Below, piece after piece: positions 47,766-59,558 of a stretch of DNA of 64,000 nucleotides. The stretch covers positions 352,001 through 416,000 of the forward strand of contig CBDAOY010000005.1 in assembly GCA_965198225.1 (NCBI GenBank), in the 5' to 3' direction. The DNA is from Terriglobia bacterium (GTDB taxonomy: Bacteria > Acidobacteriota > Terriglobia > 20CM-2-55-15). A program made the position numbers and the translations under genes. The notes under the pieces were generated by a model. It was not told the origin of the DNA and did not search any database. It saw only the letters and a program-made list of their open reading frames with translations. Positions within the stretch are counted from its first letter, which is position 1. Each line of letters starts with the position of its first letter.

Positions 47766-50635
47766 CTAACGCTCCCTCGCCAGATCCGCCTCCGCCGCGA
47801 TGAAGCCGAACGCGGCCCATTGTGAACCCTTAACGATCGTCTCCAGGACTTCCTGCGCGCGTTCGGGCTGCCCGTTGGCCCGGTACCAGCTCGCGACGGC
47901 GTAGCCGTAGGTTGCACTCGCCAGACCGCCGGCAGTCGTGGCGAGCAGGTCCGATGCTTCCTTCTCGCCCTTGTAGACCAGCAGTCGATCCAGGTATGCG
48001 GTATTTTCGATGACCTGGATGTCGGCGTGGATCGGACGCAGGATCTGCTCCGCGTCCTCGCTGCGGCCGAGCGCGTCAGTGCCAGGTAGAGCCAGTCCGT
48101 CGACGCGACCAGCCTGTCGTTGCTCCCGAGTCCGGAGAACTTCAGACACTCGCGAAAGCTCCGTTCAGCTTCCTGGAAGTCACCTTGGAAGTAGTAGGCC
48201 AAACCCAGGTGATACCAGATGTTGAAATGAGACGTGCTCACCGGTGTGTTCTCGGCGTTCGGCAACCCATCGGGCTCGACCTCGTCGGGCACGCCGGCGA
48301 TCAGCGTGGTCGCGAGTTCCAGGTCCGCAGCGGCTTTGTCGAACTGACGTGTCGTCAGGTAGCGGTGCCCGCGATGCCGCAGCAGTTTGTAACTGTCGGG
48401 ATGCTTATCGATCCCGCGCGAATAGACAGCGATGGCATCCCGATAACGGCCCAGGTAGGCCATGCGCCGTCCGACCCAGATGATCCTCTCTTCGTCCTCC
48501 GGATCCAGCGCAAACTCCGCGGTCGCGGCATTGAGGTTGTCTTCGAATCTCTTTCGGGTATCGACGTCCAGGACGACCGGAAAGAGAGGTACGCCGAGCA
48601 ACGATGTGGCCTCTGGGGTTCTTCCCTTCTCCTCGTTCGAGGTCACCTTCTCCGGCCGCAAAAACCGGTCGTACCACGCGATGTACCGGTTGTAGCGGTC
48701 CACCTGGTAGCTGGGCTTCCGGATACCGTGATTCTGACCGGGATAGATCACCAACTCGGTTTCCCGGCCGAGTCTCCGCAACGCCTGGTACATCTGCTCG
48801 GAGTTCAGAGTCGGCACGTTCATGTCTTCCGCACCGCCCATCAACAGGGTCGGCGTCACGATCTCGTCGACCCGGAACCATGGCGAGATCTTCATCCAGA
48901 GATCGGTGTTCCGCCACGGAAGACCGAGTTCGGCTTCCCACTGGCGCTGGTAGTGGTCGGTCCCGTAGTTCGACAGGTAGTTCACCTCGCTTGCACCCGA
49001 GATCGCGGCCTTGAAACGAGCGGTTTGCGTGATGACATAGTTGGTGAGGATGCCGCCGTAACTCCACCCCCCGACACCCAGGCGATCCGGATCCCCAACG
49101 CCCATTTCGATCGCTCGGTCGAGGGCCGACATCACATCCTGGAAGTCCTTGTTGCCCCAATCGGCCCAGATGGCGTAGCTGAAGTCGCGGCCGTAGCCGG
49201 AGGATCCCCGCGGGTTGGCGGCCACCACGGCATACCCCTGGGCGGCGAGGATCTGCCATTCCACATTGAACGCCGGGGTGAACTGCGAAACCGGACCGCC
49301 GTGAATGCGCAGAAGCAGCGGAAGCCTCTCTCCCTCGGGCGCGTCCGCCGGCCGCGTCAGGAAGGCATCGATCATGGTTCCGTCGGCGCTTCTGGCACGA
49401 ATCCGTTCAACGTCACCGAGTTGGATACCTTCCAGGAACTGGTCGTTCGCACGAGAGATCCGCTCGAGCAAACCGTCTTCGACGCGAGAAACTTCATAGG
49501 GCTGGTGGGGCTGGCTCTGGAGGACAATCGTTTCCCCTCCTGCGGCCATGTCGAACTGACGGATGCTCAACTCGCCGTCGATGACTCGTTCGACATCGCC
49601 GCCTGCGACCGGGACTCGTGCGAGATGGTTGTTCCCGCCGTCCTCCAGCAGAAAGTAGATCCATTCGCCCGATGGATCGAACCGAGGGCGGCGCCCGTTT
49701 CGATCCAGTTCCAGCGTCAACGCCCTGCTGGACGAGCCGTCCAAAGAGACGACGGCCAGGTGGCTGACCGCGTACCAGATGTCTTCCGGGGCCCCTCCGG
49801 CAACGTAGACAATGGATTGACCGTCGGGGCTGAACGCGGGTGACGAATCGGTGCCCGGCGATGTGGTCAGCGCGCGGGGGGGCTGGCCGGGGACGGCACG
49901 CACGATGAAGATGTCGTTGTTGGCGTTGGAATCCGGCTCCTCTGTGCGGTTGCTGACAAAGGCCACCCATTCTCCGTCGGGCGACCAGACGGGACTGGAG
50001 TCGTCATAGGGTCCGTCGGTAATCTGCGTGGGTTCCTTTTCTTCGATGTCGAAGACGTAGATGTGGCGACGACGCTCGTCAAGATACCCCTGTCCATCCC
50101 GCTTGAACTGCAACCGGCGGACGACGATGGGGTCCTCGGCTTTGTCCTCCTCCTCCTCCTCCTCGTCGGCGGCATCCGGATCCTCGTCGCGGATGATCAG
50201 CGCCAGACGGCCGCCGTCGGGCGACCAGGTGAAGCCGGAAACACCGGGCTTGATGTCGGTGAGCTTCTTCGCCTCCCCTCCACGTCGGTCCAGCAGCCAT
50301 ACCTGATTGGTGTCGCCTTCCCGACCGGACAGAAACGCCAGGTATCGGCCGTCGGGGCTCCATCGCGGAGAATTCTCGCTCTTCGGGCTCGATGTCACCT
50401 GAAGCGTGTCCTCGCCGTCGAGCGACACCATGTAGATGTCGGTGTCCGAGTTGTCTTCCTGGGAATTCATCTGTGAGACCGTGTAGGCGACCCACCGGGC
50501 GTCGGGGCTGATACGCGGGTCGCCGACCGTCTTCAGCTCGAAGATGTCGTCGACCGACATCAGTCGTCTCTCCTGAGCCCCAAGAGCGGTCGCCAGCAGC
50601 AGCGCGAAGGTCACGGACAGGGCACTTCGTTTCAT
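47766..50635 (-). CDS. Secreted S9 (prolyl oligopeptidase/acylaminoacyl) peptidase fused to a TPR domain; apparent 1-bp frameshift at ~48071
   Basis: Signal peptide, PD40-like WSPDG repeats, IHGGP, GWSYGG, D...HG; TPR tail continues LGRSEDA...LARER in the alternate frame. Confidence 0.88.
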
Positions 50636-50803
50636 GCTCACCTCTGGTAGAAAAAGCGGTTCAGCCCTGAAACCTAGCGTGTTTCCAGCCAGGAAGCCAA
50701 CGTTTTCCGACCGTTTCAGAGTTGTGATAATCTCCCGTTTGAGCACCACGATGCCGGCGGAGATCGACGCAACAGGCAGGACACACCGAGGGGGTACATC
50801 GTA

Positions 50804-52438
50804 ATGAACGCACGGGCAAACTTTCGAATTCTGACGAGCGAAATGGTCGTTCTGTGTCTGATGGCCGTGACGGCTTCATCGGCTTCGGCACAGGATTCCG
50901 GTCTCCGTTTCGAAATATCCGTGCCGGCCGACGTGCGACCGGAACCGACGACGGGTCGGGTCTACCTGATGATCTCGCGCACAGACGAGCCCGCGCCGTA
51001 CTTGCAGATCGGACGCACGGGCACACCCTTTTTCGGCCGCGACATCGAGGCGCTGCCCGCGGGCGAAGCAGGCATCATCGACGCCACCGACCTGGGAACG
51101 CCCGTGCCCAGCCTGAGCGAGATCCCGCCCGGCGAGTATTTCGTCCAGGGGTTCGTGAACATCTACTCGGAGTTCAAACGGGCTGACGGCCACGTGGTGT
51201 GGATGCACGACGACCAGTGGGAGGGCCAGCACTGGAACCGATCGCCGGGGAACCTCTACAGCGACGCCCAACGAGTCCGCATCGCCCCAGCTTCCGACGA
51301 CGTCATCCGGCTGGAAGCGAAGAACGTCATCCCGCCCGTGGTGATACCACCCGATACCCAGTGGGTCCGGCGGTTCCGTTTCCAGAGCGACATGCTTTCG
51401 GAATTCTGGGGACGCCCTGTCTACCTGGGGGCAACGGTTCTGCTCCCGAGGGATTACGATCGCACCACGTTCGATTACCCGGTCATCTACGAGCAGGGCC
51501 ACTTCTCGCTCCGGGCCCCGATGCGCTTCACCGTGGGCGGCGACCTCTACGACGACTGGGTGCAGGACAACTTCCCGAGGATGATCGTCGTCACGTTCCA
51601 GCACCCGAACCCCTACTTCGACGACTCCTACGCCGTCAACTCGGTCAACGTCGGACCGTACGGCGACGCGATCCTGCAGGAGTTGATACCCGAGATCGAG
51701 GCCCGCTATCGGGTCATCGATCAACCGTGGGCCCGCGCGCTCACGGGGGGATCAACCGGAGGATGGGAGGCTCTCGCCCTGCAGGTATTCCACCCCGATT
51801 TCTTCGGCGGCACGTGGTCGTACTGCCCCGACCCGGTTACCTTCTACGACGTCGAAGGCATCAACGTCTACGAAGACGGGAACGCCTTCTACAAGCAGCA
51901 CGAATGGCGAAGGGTTCCCACGCCCAACACCCGCGAAACCAACGGCGAGATCCGACTGACCTCACAGCAGCGGAACCACTTCGAGCTGGTGAACGGAACG
52001 AAAGGCCGTTCGGGTCAGCAACTCGACATCTGGTCGGCCGTAAACGGTCCTCTGGGAGATGACGGTTACTTCAAGCCGCTATTCGACAAGTTCACCGGCG
52101 AGATCGATCCCGAGGTCGCCCGGTACTGGAAGGACAACTTCGACCTGATGCATTACCTCGAAAGGAACTGGTCCCAGATCGGGTACAAGCTCATCGACAA
52201 GATTCACGTCTACACGGGAACAATGGACAACTTCTACCTGAACAACTCGACGAAGATGCTCGAGGAATGGATGAAGACGACGAGCGACCCGCACTACGAG
52301 GGGTTCTTCCTGTACGGAGACGGCGAGGGACACTGCTGGAGCGGACCGGTGACCCAGGGAGAGCGGCTGAAGGAAATCGGCCAGCACATGCTGAACAAGA
52401 TGCCGGACGGCACGACAACGTCGTGGTGGAGGTACTGA
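50804..52438 (+). CDS. Secreted alpha/beta-hydrolase (esterase family) protein
   Basis: Signal peptide; SEFWGRP...VLLP, ELIPEIE, GGSTGG nucleophile elbow. Confidence 0.8.
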   Translation: MNARANFRILTSEMVVLCLMAVTASSASAQDSGLRFEISVPADVRPEPTTGRVYLMISRTDEPAPYLQIGRTGTPFFGRDIEALPAGEAGIIDATDLGTPVPSLSEIPPGEYFVQGFVNIYSEFKRADGHVVWMHDDQWEGQHWNRSPGNLYSDAQRVRIAPASDDVIRLEAKNVIPPVVIPPDTQWVRRFRFQSDMLSEFWGRPVYLGATVLLPRDYDRTTFDYPVIYEQGHFSLRAPMRFTVGGDLYDDWVQDNFPRMIVVTFQHPNPYFDDSYAVNSVNVGPYGDAILQELIPEIEARYRVIDQPWARALTGGSTGGWEALALQVFHPDFFGGTWSYCPDPVTFYDVEGINVYEDGNAFYKQHEWRRVPTPNTRETNGEIRLTSQQRNHFELVNGTKGRSGQQLDIWSAVNGPLGDDGYFKPLFDKFTGEIDPEVARYWKDNFDLMHYLERNWSQIGYKLIDKIHVYTGTMDNFYLNNSTKMLEEWMKTTSDPHYEGFFLYGDGEGHCWSGPVTQGERLKEIGQHMLNKMPDGTTTSWWRY

Positions 52439-52457
52439 GGGGACGTAGGCCGTTTTG

Positions 52458-52525
52458 TGTAGGTGCGGTCTATGACCGCACATCCTTCGAACCGGGACGC
52501 TTTGCGCTCATAGAGCGCCCCTACA
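52458..52525. repeat. GTAG-type REPIN, copy 4 (supplies the terC stop)
   Basis: Same two REP arms. Confidence 0.9.
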
Positions 52526-53540
52526 CTTCTTCGGACCCGACCTTGGGCCAAATCAGGGAAACGACGACCGAGACGGCCAGGACTGTCAGGATAAATCCGA
52601 GCGAAACACCGATCGGAAAGTGTCCGTCGTAGAGGTCGTTGAGCCACACCATCTTCAAGCCGACAAAAATGAGGACGATCGCAAGCCCGTACTTGAGCAG
52701 GTGGAACTTGTCCATCGCCCCTGCCAACAGGAAGTAGATGGACCGGAGGCCCAGTATCGCCGCCAGGTTGGACGTGAACACGATGAGCGGCTCGGAAGTG
52801 ATCGCGAACACGGCCGGGACGGAGTCGACGGCAAAAACGATGTCGGTCGCTTCCAGGAACAAAAGCGCAACAACCAGCGGCGTGCCGTACATCACGCCGT
52901 CGAGTCGCACGAAGAAGCGCTGGCCGTGCAGCGAGGTGGTGACTGGGACGAACCTCCGGAACAGCTTGATGAGCGGGTTTTTCTCCGGTTCGACTTTGTC
53001 TTCCGGCGCGTACATCAGCCGGACGCCGGTGAAGATGAGAAAGGCGCCGAACAGGAGGACCACGAAGTGGTACTGGATCAGCACGGCTCCCACGACTATG
53101 AAGATGGTCCGGAACACGAAGGCGCCGAGGATGCCGTAGAACAGAACACGGTGCTGGTAGCGGGAAGGGATGCCGAAGTAGGTAAAGACAACCACGAAAA
53201 CGAAGATGTTGTCGACGGACAACGATTCCTCGACAACGTAGCCGGTGAAGAACTCCAGTGCCACTCGCCATGCCTCGGTCGCGGCATCGAAGCCCGGAAT
53301 CGCCTGCAGGCGCGGGTCGTGTGCGAACTTCCACAGTGAGTAGCGCCAGAGACCGAAGTTGAACAGCAGGGCCAGCGACACCCAGATCGAAACCCAGACA
53401 CCGGCCTCCTTGATCGAGACTTCGTGGGCCTCGCGATGGAACACACCCAGGTCGATCGCGAGCAGCAGCGCGACGCCGCCGACGAACGAAACGTACAGCC
53501 ACCAGTACTCGGCAAACGGAAATAACTGGACGTCTTCCAT
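52521..53540 (-). CDS. terC: TerC/Alx family metal (Mn) transporter
   Basis: DLGVFHR, EESLSVDNIFVF, QHRVLFYGILGA, DIVFAVDSVPA, SNLAAILGLR. Confidence 0.95.
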   Translation of the reverse strand: MEDVQLFPFAEYWWLYVSFVGGVALLLAIDLGVFHREAHEVSIKEAGVWVSIWVSLALLFNFGLWRYSLWKFAHDPRLQAIPGFDAATEAWRVALEFFTGYVVEESLSVDNIFVFVVVFTYFGIPSRYQHRVLFYGILGAFVFRTIFIVVGAVLIQYHFVVLLFGAFLIFTGVRLMYAPEDKVEPEKNPLIKLFRRFVPVTTSLHGQRFFVRLDGVMYGTPLVVALLFLEATDIVFAVDSVPAVFAITSEPLIVFTSNLAAILGLRSIYFLLAGAMDKFHLLKYGLAIVLIFVGLKMVWLNDLYDGHFPIGVSLGFILTVLAVSVVVSLIWPKVGSEEV

Positions 53541-53561
53541 ATCGATTCTCAGCCCTGGGCC

Positions 53562-53705
53562 AAAAAAAAGACCCTCTGCGGCACCTCCGCAAAAGGTCTG
53601 GATCCGCGGCGGATACCTCGCACGCCGCGCCAGCAAGCCGGATCGTCGGTTGCTCCGATGACCGTATTGACGACCTGCCGGATCTTGATCTACTCCCCTC
53701 CAGCT
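53562..53705 (-). ncRNA. yybP-ykoY (Mn2+) riboswitch with terminator
   Basis: Minus strand AGGGGAGTAG...CGTCAATACG...AGACC, then terminator AGACCTTTTGCGG...CCGCAGAGGGTCT-T8 directly upstream of terC. Confidence 0.88.
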
Positions 53706-53784
53706 AAGACAAACGCTACACGAGTCCAGGGTCTAGATCAATCCGGAAAGTGACAAGTGACAAGCAGGAATGTGACAGGTCGGT

Positions 53785-53966
53785 TGTAGGTGCGCTCTAT
53801 GAGCGGACACTGTTCCGGCTTGAGGGAGGCGTGGGGGGACCGGACCAGCTGTCTTTCTCCACACACCCGCGCACTGCGATGCATACTCGAACGCTCAAGT
53901 TTTCGTATGGGGGGGGACGGTGGGCCCGCCGCTAATGAGTGGTTCCGGTCATAGACCGCACCTACA
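53785..53966. repeat. GTAG-type REPIN, copy 5, with expanded ~130-bp spacer
   Basis: TGTAGGTGCGCTCTATGAGCG ... CGGTCATAGACCGCACCTACA. Confidence 0.8.
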
Positions 53967-53974
53967 CCAACTGG

Positions 53975-56458
53975 CTACTGGCTGATGTCGAACTTGATTC
54001 CGGCCGTCATCGTGCGGGGCAGGCCGGGGCGAACACCCGCGGGACGGCGAGCCGCGACATAGGTGGCATCCGTCAGGTTCTGGATACCGACGAACAGCCG
54101 GGCGGACTCGGCGACCCGGTAATCCCCCGTCAGGTTTACCAGGAATCGCGAATCGGTCGCATCCTCGGGCGCGATCGGGCCGCTCCCGGCTTCCACCCGC
54201 ATCCGGCTCATGTAGCCGGCCGACACGCCGAGGCTCCAGCGCGGTTTCTCCAGCGTCACACCGGCATGGAGGTTATGGGCGGGCAGGTAGGGCACCTTGT
54301 CTCCACGACGAACATCACCCCAGGGTCCGAAGTCGCTGTCGAAGTCGCTCTGGAACCGGGCATCCGTGAAGGTATAGGCCATACGCACCGGCAGGCTGAA
54401 GTCGGTGCCGATGGCCGCCGCCGGGTTGAATCCAGCTGAAGCCTCCAGGCCGATCACCCGTGCTCCGCCGCCATTGAACAGTTCTCCTGTACCCTCTCCG
54501 CCGGTCGAGAGCGTGTCTCTCCCCAACAGGTTGCTGTAGTCGTTGTAGAATCCCACGAGCTCAACCCGTGCGGCGCGGCGCGTCCAGCGAAAGCCGCCTT
54601 CATAGTTGATACTCTCCTCGGCCTCGGTGTCTTCGGACGATCCCGGGCCCGGCGGACCGAAACCTTTGTTCAGCCCTGCAAACACCCCTATTGCCCCATT
54701 CAGATCAAACGTGATTCCGACTCCCGGCACGAACACGTCGAGGGCATTCCGACGCACTCGAGTGGGCGCGGAACGATTCGGGTCGGCCTTGGAATAGTCG
54801 GTCCGGATCAGCTCGATGTGCTCGTAGCGGAAACCCGGCCGCAGCGTCCACGGACCCCACTTAAGCTCATCCTCCGCGAAAAAGGCCCAGCTGCGCCCCT
54901 TGCTGATCCGGTTGGACTGACTACCGGGGGCACCGGCGCTCGTCAGAGTCATCCGGCCCTCAGCCATCTGGAAGCCATCCTCGTGCTGAAAGCGGTCCTC
55001 CTCGTCACGGTGATAACGAAAGCCAAACTCAAAACTCTGGTCGATGCGTTTCGAATTCGTGCGTACACCCACCACCGATTGCACTCCGGAGGAAACGTAG
55101 GCGCGATTGTTCGCACGCAGACGTAGAGTGTCGACGCCGCTGTCTGCGCCTTTCGCGATACGCAGTTCCTCGGCGTAGGACACGGGGTCTCCCAGGACAT
55201 TGGCGATGCTCACTCCGGAAATGCTCTGAAGCTTGTACCAGTTCCGGGCAAAGTTGTTCCGGTAGGCCGTTACGGTCAGATCGATATTGGGGGCCAGACC
55301 CGCGAAGTATCGCGCCTGGTACTGTTCGTGGTCACCATAGAAGACGTCCTTTTGTGAGGCGGCATATCGTCTGGTCGGGTGTCGGGCGAAGTCGTCGTCA
55401 GTCACACCGAGATAGGTTTCGTTAGAGGTCTGGTTCGTCTTTCCCAGCTTGATCTCGATGGCCTGGTAGAGGTCGGCTCCGGGTCCGGAGTTAAAGCGGA
55501 ACTTACCGACGTAATCGTTTATCTTGAATCCCGTGTCGCCGCCATCGTCGAGCTGCTTGAAACCCTTCGTGTCGATCTGGTACGTCTCGAAAAGCCAGCC
55601 GAATCGATCGCGGGAGTCTCCGAACCGGACGTATCCCTTCGCGGTCCCGTGCGCCCCACCGCTGATCGTCCCGGCTGCTCTAAGGGAATCGGGTATCGAA
55701 GAGGAAATCAGGTTCAGCGCTCCACCGTTGGTCTGTGGACCGAACTTGATCTGGCTCGACCCCTTTCGGACCTCGATGGCTTCCATGCGTCCAGGAACCG
55801 GGAAGTAATAAGCCGACGGAGCGGCATAGGGCGCCGGTGCGATCAGGACGCCGTCCTCCATGACCGTGATCTTCGCGCTCCGTTCGACACCCGTCCCACG
55901 CATACCGATGTTTGGCCTCAGGCCGAAGCCTTCTTCCTCCTGGATGTTGACGCCGGGGACCGGGGCGAGCAACTTGTGGATGTCATCGAAGGAGATCTTC
56001 TGTTTCTCCAGCTGTTCGCCGGCGACGTAGTGCGCGGAACCTGGAATCATGGTGGCCTCAGACGGGCTGGCAACCACCATCATGCGCTCCTGAATGATCA
56101 GGCCGGGGTCCAGTTCGAGACTCCGGTTAACAATGCGGTGCTCTCCTCTACCGACTATGACGGTTTCCAGATCGGTGCGAAAATCAGACGCTTCGACGCG
56201 CAGCTCGTATGCCGCGGCTGCAAGTCCCTCGAACCGGAAGGCGCCGACATCGTCGCTGGTCATCACGCGAGTTGAACCGTCCGGTGAAATCAGGAGCACC
56301 GAAGCTCCCGGAATCACCGCCCCCGATGGATCGAGTACTCTTCCCGACAACGAAGCGCCAGCGTCTTGCGCCCGACCGTGCACAGGCGATTGACAAAGGA
56401 GCAGTAGGGGTATGAAGACAGCGAATGAGCGAAAACAGGCGCGCGAACCGAAAATCAT
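53975..56458 (-). CDS. TonB-dependent receptor (FecA-like) with N-terminal carboxypeptidase-regulatory-like domain
   Basis: Signal peptide; [28 protein letters not shown]...PGLPRT; GGAGG RBS. Confidence 0.92.
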   Translation of the reverse strand: MIFGSRACFRSFAVFIPLLLLCQSPVHGRAQDAGASLSGRVLDPSGAVIPGASVLLISPDGSTRVMTSDDVGAFRFEGLAAAAYELRVEASDFRTDLETVIVGRGEHRIVNRSLELDPGLIIQERMMVVASPSEATMIPGSAHYVAGEQLEKQKISFDDIHKLLAPVPGVNIQEEEGFGLRPNIGMRGTGVERSAKITVMEDGVLIAPAPYAAPSAYYFPVPGRMEAIEVRKGSSQIKFGPQTNGGALNLISSSIPDSLRAAGTISGGAHGTAKGYVRFGDSRDRFGWLFETYQIDTKGFKQLDDGGDTGFKINDYVGKFRFNSGPGADLYQAIEIKLGKTNQTSNETYLGVTDDDFARHPTRRYAASQKDVFYGDHEQYQARYFAGLAPNIDLTVTAYRNNFARNWYKLQSISGVSIANVLGDPVSYAEELRIAKGADSGVDTLRLRANNRAYVSSGVQSVVGVRTNSKRIDQSFEFGFRYHRDEEDRFQHEDGFQMAEGRMTLTSAGAPGSQSNRISKGRSWAFFAEDELKWGPWTLRPGFRYEHIELIRTDYSKADPNRSAPTRVRRNALDVFVPGVGITFDLNGAIGVFAGLNKGFGPPGPGSSEDTEAEESINYEGGFRWTRRAARVELVGFYNDYSNLLGRDTLSTGGEGTGELFNGGGARVIGLEASAGFNPAAAIGTDFSLPVRMAYTFTDARFQSDFDSDFGPWGDVRRGDKVPYLPAHNLHAGVTLEKPRWSLGVSAGYMSRMRVEAGSGPIAPEDATDSRFLVNLTGDYRVAESARLFVGIQNLTDATYVAARRPAGVRPGLPRTMTAGIKFDISQ

Positions 56459-56670
56459 GGTCCTCCGTAAGCCCAGCTTGCGAAGCTGTAGCGACGAGCA
56501 GCGGATGAGCGGAGTTGATTGCCGTTCGAAGGATGGGCGCGGCCAAACTGGTATAATGGCCCCGCGCGTTTTTACCTGTTTGACAACCGCGCTACCGAAG
56601 GGATGTGCTGCCACCAACAGTGCATCCCTTTTCCCCTTGTTGGGTGTTTCTCAACCCGCCAACCGGTACC

Positions 56671-56725
56671 ATTATCGAGCAGGAGCCACGGACGGTCAAC
56701 GTGAAAATGAAAACCATTCTCATTT
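56671..56725 (-). promoter_or_regulatory. sigma70 promoter with adjacent Fur-box-like site
   Basis: Minus strand AAATGAGAATGGTTTTCATTT (56705-25), then TTGACC-N17-GATAAT. Confidence 0.7.
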
Positions 56726-56807
56726 AGAGGCGGGCTCCCCACCACGGCTCTTCGCAAATTCCGGTATAATTCGCTTCTTCTTTGAACCCTGTGATGTGAG
56801 AGAGGGA

Positions 56808-57791
56808 ATGAGTTCGACGCTAGAAACGACGTTGACCGGACCGCTGCGCTACGACTGGAGCCGCGACGAGGTGCGGGGGATCTTCAACCAGCCGCTATTG
56901 ACCCTGATCGCTCACGCGCAGCGACTTCACCTGCAGCACCACAAGGCACGGGAGGTGCAACTCTGCCAGCTGATATCGATCAAGACCGGCGGCTGCCCCG
57001 AAGACTGTGCCTACTGTCCGCAGAGCGCCCACTACGAAACCAATGTGGATAACGAAGGATTACTCGACGTCCTCCACGTCCTCGAGGTTGCGTCAAAGGC
57101 TCGAGAGCAAGGTGTGAGCCGGTTCTGTATGGGTGCCGCATGGCGCGAGATCAAAGATGGTCCGGAGTTCGACAAGGTGCTGGAGATGGTCCGCGGTGTC
57201 TCATCGATGGGTATGGAGGTCTGCTGCACGCTCGGTATGCTGACCGACTCGCAAGCTCGGCGACTGGCGGATGCTGGTCTTCACGCCTACAACCACAACC
57301 TGGACACGTCACCGGAATACTACGAGAAGATCATCACGACGCGCAGCTACCAGGATCGGCTGCAGACTCTGAAATCGGTTCGAAGAGCCGGCATCACCGT
57401 ATGCTGCGGCGGAATCATCGGCATGGGCGAATCCGACGAAGACCGAACCGGACTCCTCCACCAGCTTTCAATCCAGGAACCGCACCCTGAGAGCGTTCCC
57501 ATCAACGTTCTCGTGCAAGTCGAAGGAACCCCTGTGACCCCGACCGAGCCGGTGGACCCGTTCGTTCTCGTGCGCATGATCGCAACCGCACGCATCCTCA
57601 TGCCGGTATCCCGGGTCCGCCTCAGCGCCGGGCGGCGCTCACTCAGCAGGGAATGCGTGACGCTTTGCTTCATAGCCGGTGCCAACTCGATCTTCGTCGG
57701 GGACAAGCTGCTCACCACACCGAACCCACAACGATCCGAAGACGACCAGCTGCTGGAAGACCTCGACCTCATCCCCCTCAGCAATGATTGA
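56808..57791 (+). CDS. bioB: Biotin synthase
   Basis: [34 protein letters not shown]. Confidence 0.97.
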   Translation: MSSTLETTLTGPLRYDWSRDEVRGIFNQPLLTLIAHAQRLHLQHHKAREVQLCQLISIKTGGCPEDCAYCPQSAHYETNVDNEGLLDVLHVLEVASKAREQGVSRFCMGAAWREIKDGPEFDKVLEMVRGVSSMGMEVCCTLGMLTDSQARRLADAGLHAYNHNLDTSPEYYEKIITTRSYQDRLQTLKSVRRAGITVCCGGIIGMGESDEDRTGLLHQLSIQEPHPESVPINVLVQVEGTPVTPTEPVDPFVLVRMIATARILMPVSRVRLSAGRRSLSRECVTLCFIAGANSIFVGDKLLTTPNPQRSEDDQLLEDLDLIPLSND

Positions 57792-58926
57792 TCGGGCGTC
57801 TGAACGCCTCGCCGCCGAGCTTGATTTGCTCCGGTCCCGTTCCGAGTTCCGCCGCCTGGAATCGATGGGAGCGGCGAACTTCTGCTCGAACGACTACCTG
57901 GGACTGGCCAGGCATCCCGAATTGGGCCGCGCCGTCTCGGAAGCGATCGCCCAGTGCGGGCGCGTGGCGTCCACCGGTTCTCGTCTGTTGTCGGGACACG
58001 TCCCCGCATGGGAAGCGCTCGAGGCGGAGTTCGCGTCCTGGATCGGCTCCGATGCTGCCCTTTTCTTCAGTTCGGGCTACGCCGCAAACACGGGTCTGCT
58101 CGGCTCGATCCTGCGAGACAGTGATGTCGTCTTCTCCGACAGCGCCAACCACGCGAGCCTCATCGACGGCCTGCGTCTTTCGAAAGCACGCCGCGTGATT
58201 GTGCCTCACCTGGATCTGAATGCCCTGGAGGAAGCTCTGAAGAACGAGAACGACCTCCTGGGTGAGCGGTTCATCGTCGTCGAGAGCATATTCAGCATGG
58301 ACGGGGACCGCTCTTCGATCGCGGATCTCTCCATGCTTGCCGACCGGTACGACGCCCACCTGATCGTCGACGAGGCCCATGCCACCGGAGTGTCGGGTCC
58401 CGAGGGTCGCGGAGAAGTCGCCGCCGCCCGGCGGCCCGGAAATGTGTTTGCGACCATCCACACCTGTGGAAAGGCCCTGGCGTCGGCCGGGGCTTTCGTC
58501 GCGGGTTCCGAAACCCTGAAGGACTTCCTGATCAACCGCGCCCGCACCTTCATATTCAGCACGGCTCTCCCCCCTTACATGGCGTCCCAGATCCACACGG
58601 CGATGCGGCTGGCCCGAGGGGCCGGTGACAAACGAACCTTGTTGTCGAGGATGGCCGACGGACTCCGGACTCGGCTCCGTGACGGGGGCCTGGACTGCGG
58701 CAGGAGCGATTCACAGATCATACCCGTGCTGCTCGGAACCAACCAGGAAGCTCTAAGGGTATCCGACATACTGCAGCGCAGGGGCCTCCTCGTGCGGGCG
58801 ATCCGGCCTCCGACTGTGCCGGAGGGCACTTCCCGGCTGCGACTCTCGCTCAACACGACGATTCCACCACAGGTGATCGACGAGCTCGTCGACGTTCTTC
58901 GTGCGATTCCGGCTGAGGCGAAATGA
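57784..58926 (+). CDS. bioF: 8-amino-7-oxononanoate synthase
   Basis: [41 protein letters not shown]. Confidence 0.95.
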   Translation: MIDRASERLAAELDLLRSRSEFRRLESMGAANFCSNDYLGLARHPELGRAVSEAIAQCGRVASTGSRLLSGHVPAWEALEAEFASWIGSDAALFFSSGYAANTGLLGSILRDSDVVFSDSANHASLIDGLRLSKARRVIVPHLDLNALEEALKNENDLLGERFIVVESIFSMDGDRSSIADLSMLADRYDAHLIVDEAHATGVSGPEGRGEVAAARRPGNVFATIHTCGKALASAGAFVAGSETLKDFLINRARTFIFSTALPPYMASQIHTAMRLARGAGDKRTLLSRMADGLRTRLRDGGLDCGRSDSQIIPVLLGTNQEALRVSDILQRRGLLVRAIRPPTVPEGTSRLRLSLNTTIPPQVIDELVDVLRAIPAEAK

Positions 58927-59558
58927 AGGACCTGTTCGTAACCGGGACGGATACGGAGGTTGGTAAGACGGTCCTCGCTGCCACGCTGACAGCGGCACTG
59001 GACGCCATCTACTGGAAACCCATCCAGACAGGAGTGCAGGGAGGCGCGACGCCGAGCGATCGGGATGCGGTGGCCCGGTTCGCCGAGCTTCCCGATGACC
59101 GACTGCTGCCGGAGGCTTACGTCTTCGATCCTCCCGTGTCGCCGCACCTGGCGGCCGAACGATGCGGAAAGACAATCGACCTCGCAGAGATACGCAAGCC
59201 GTCCCCGGATGGACGGCGCCTCGTGATCGAGGGGGCCGGCGGTGTCATGGTTCCGATCAACGCCGAAGACCTGATGTTGGATCTTGCCCGTCATCTGGAT
59301 ACTTCCCTGATCGTCGCCGCCCGAACGACGCTCGGTACGATCAACCACACCTTGCTGACGGTGAAGGCGATCCGCGAGAGCGGGCTGCACTTGCTGGGAG
59401 TCGTGTTGATCGGCGAAAAGAACACCGACAATCGAAGCGCGATCGAACGCTATGGAAAGGTACCGGTCGTGGGCTGGATACCGTTGTTGGAAACCCTCAA
59501 CCGCGCCAGCCTGCTGGAAGTGTTTGGTGCGCATTTCGACCGGGGTTGCTTCGATTGA
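58923..59558 (+). CDS. bioD: Dethiobiotin synthetase
   Basis: FVTGTDTEVGKT, KPIQTG, EGAGG, LGTINHT. Confidence 0.96.
   Translation: MKDLFVTGTDTEVGKTVLAATLTAALDAIYWKPIQTGVQGGATPSDRDAVARFAELPDDRLLPEAYVFDPPVSPHLAAERCGKTIDLAEIRKPSPDGRRLVIEGAGGVMVPINAEDLMLDLARHLDTSLIVAARTTLGTINHTLLTVKAIRESGLHLLGVVLIGEKNTDNRSAIERYGKVPVVGWIPLLETLNRASLLEVFGAHFDRGCFD

Noticed and set aside
56565-56592. BirA operator (TTGTCAAAC half-site)
   Set aside because: No matching second half-site at the expected spacing, and over 200 bp from bioB.
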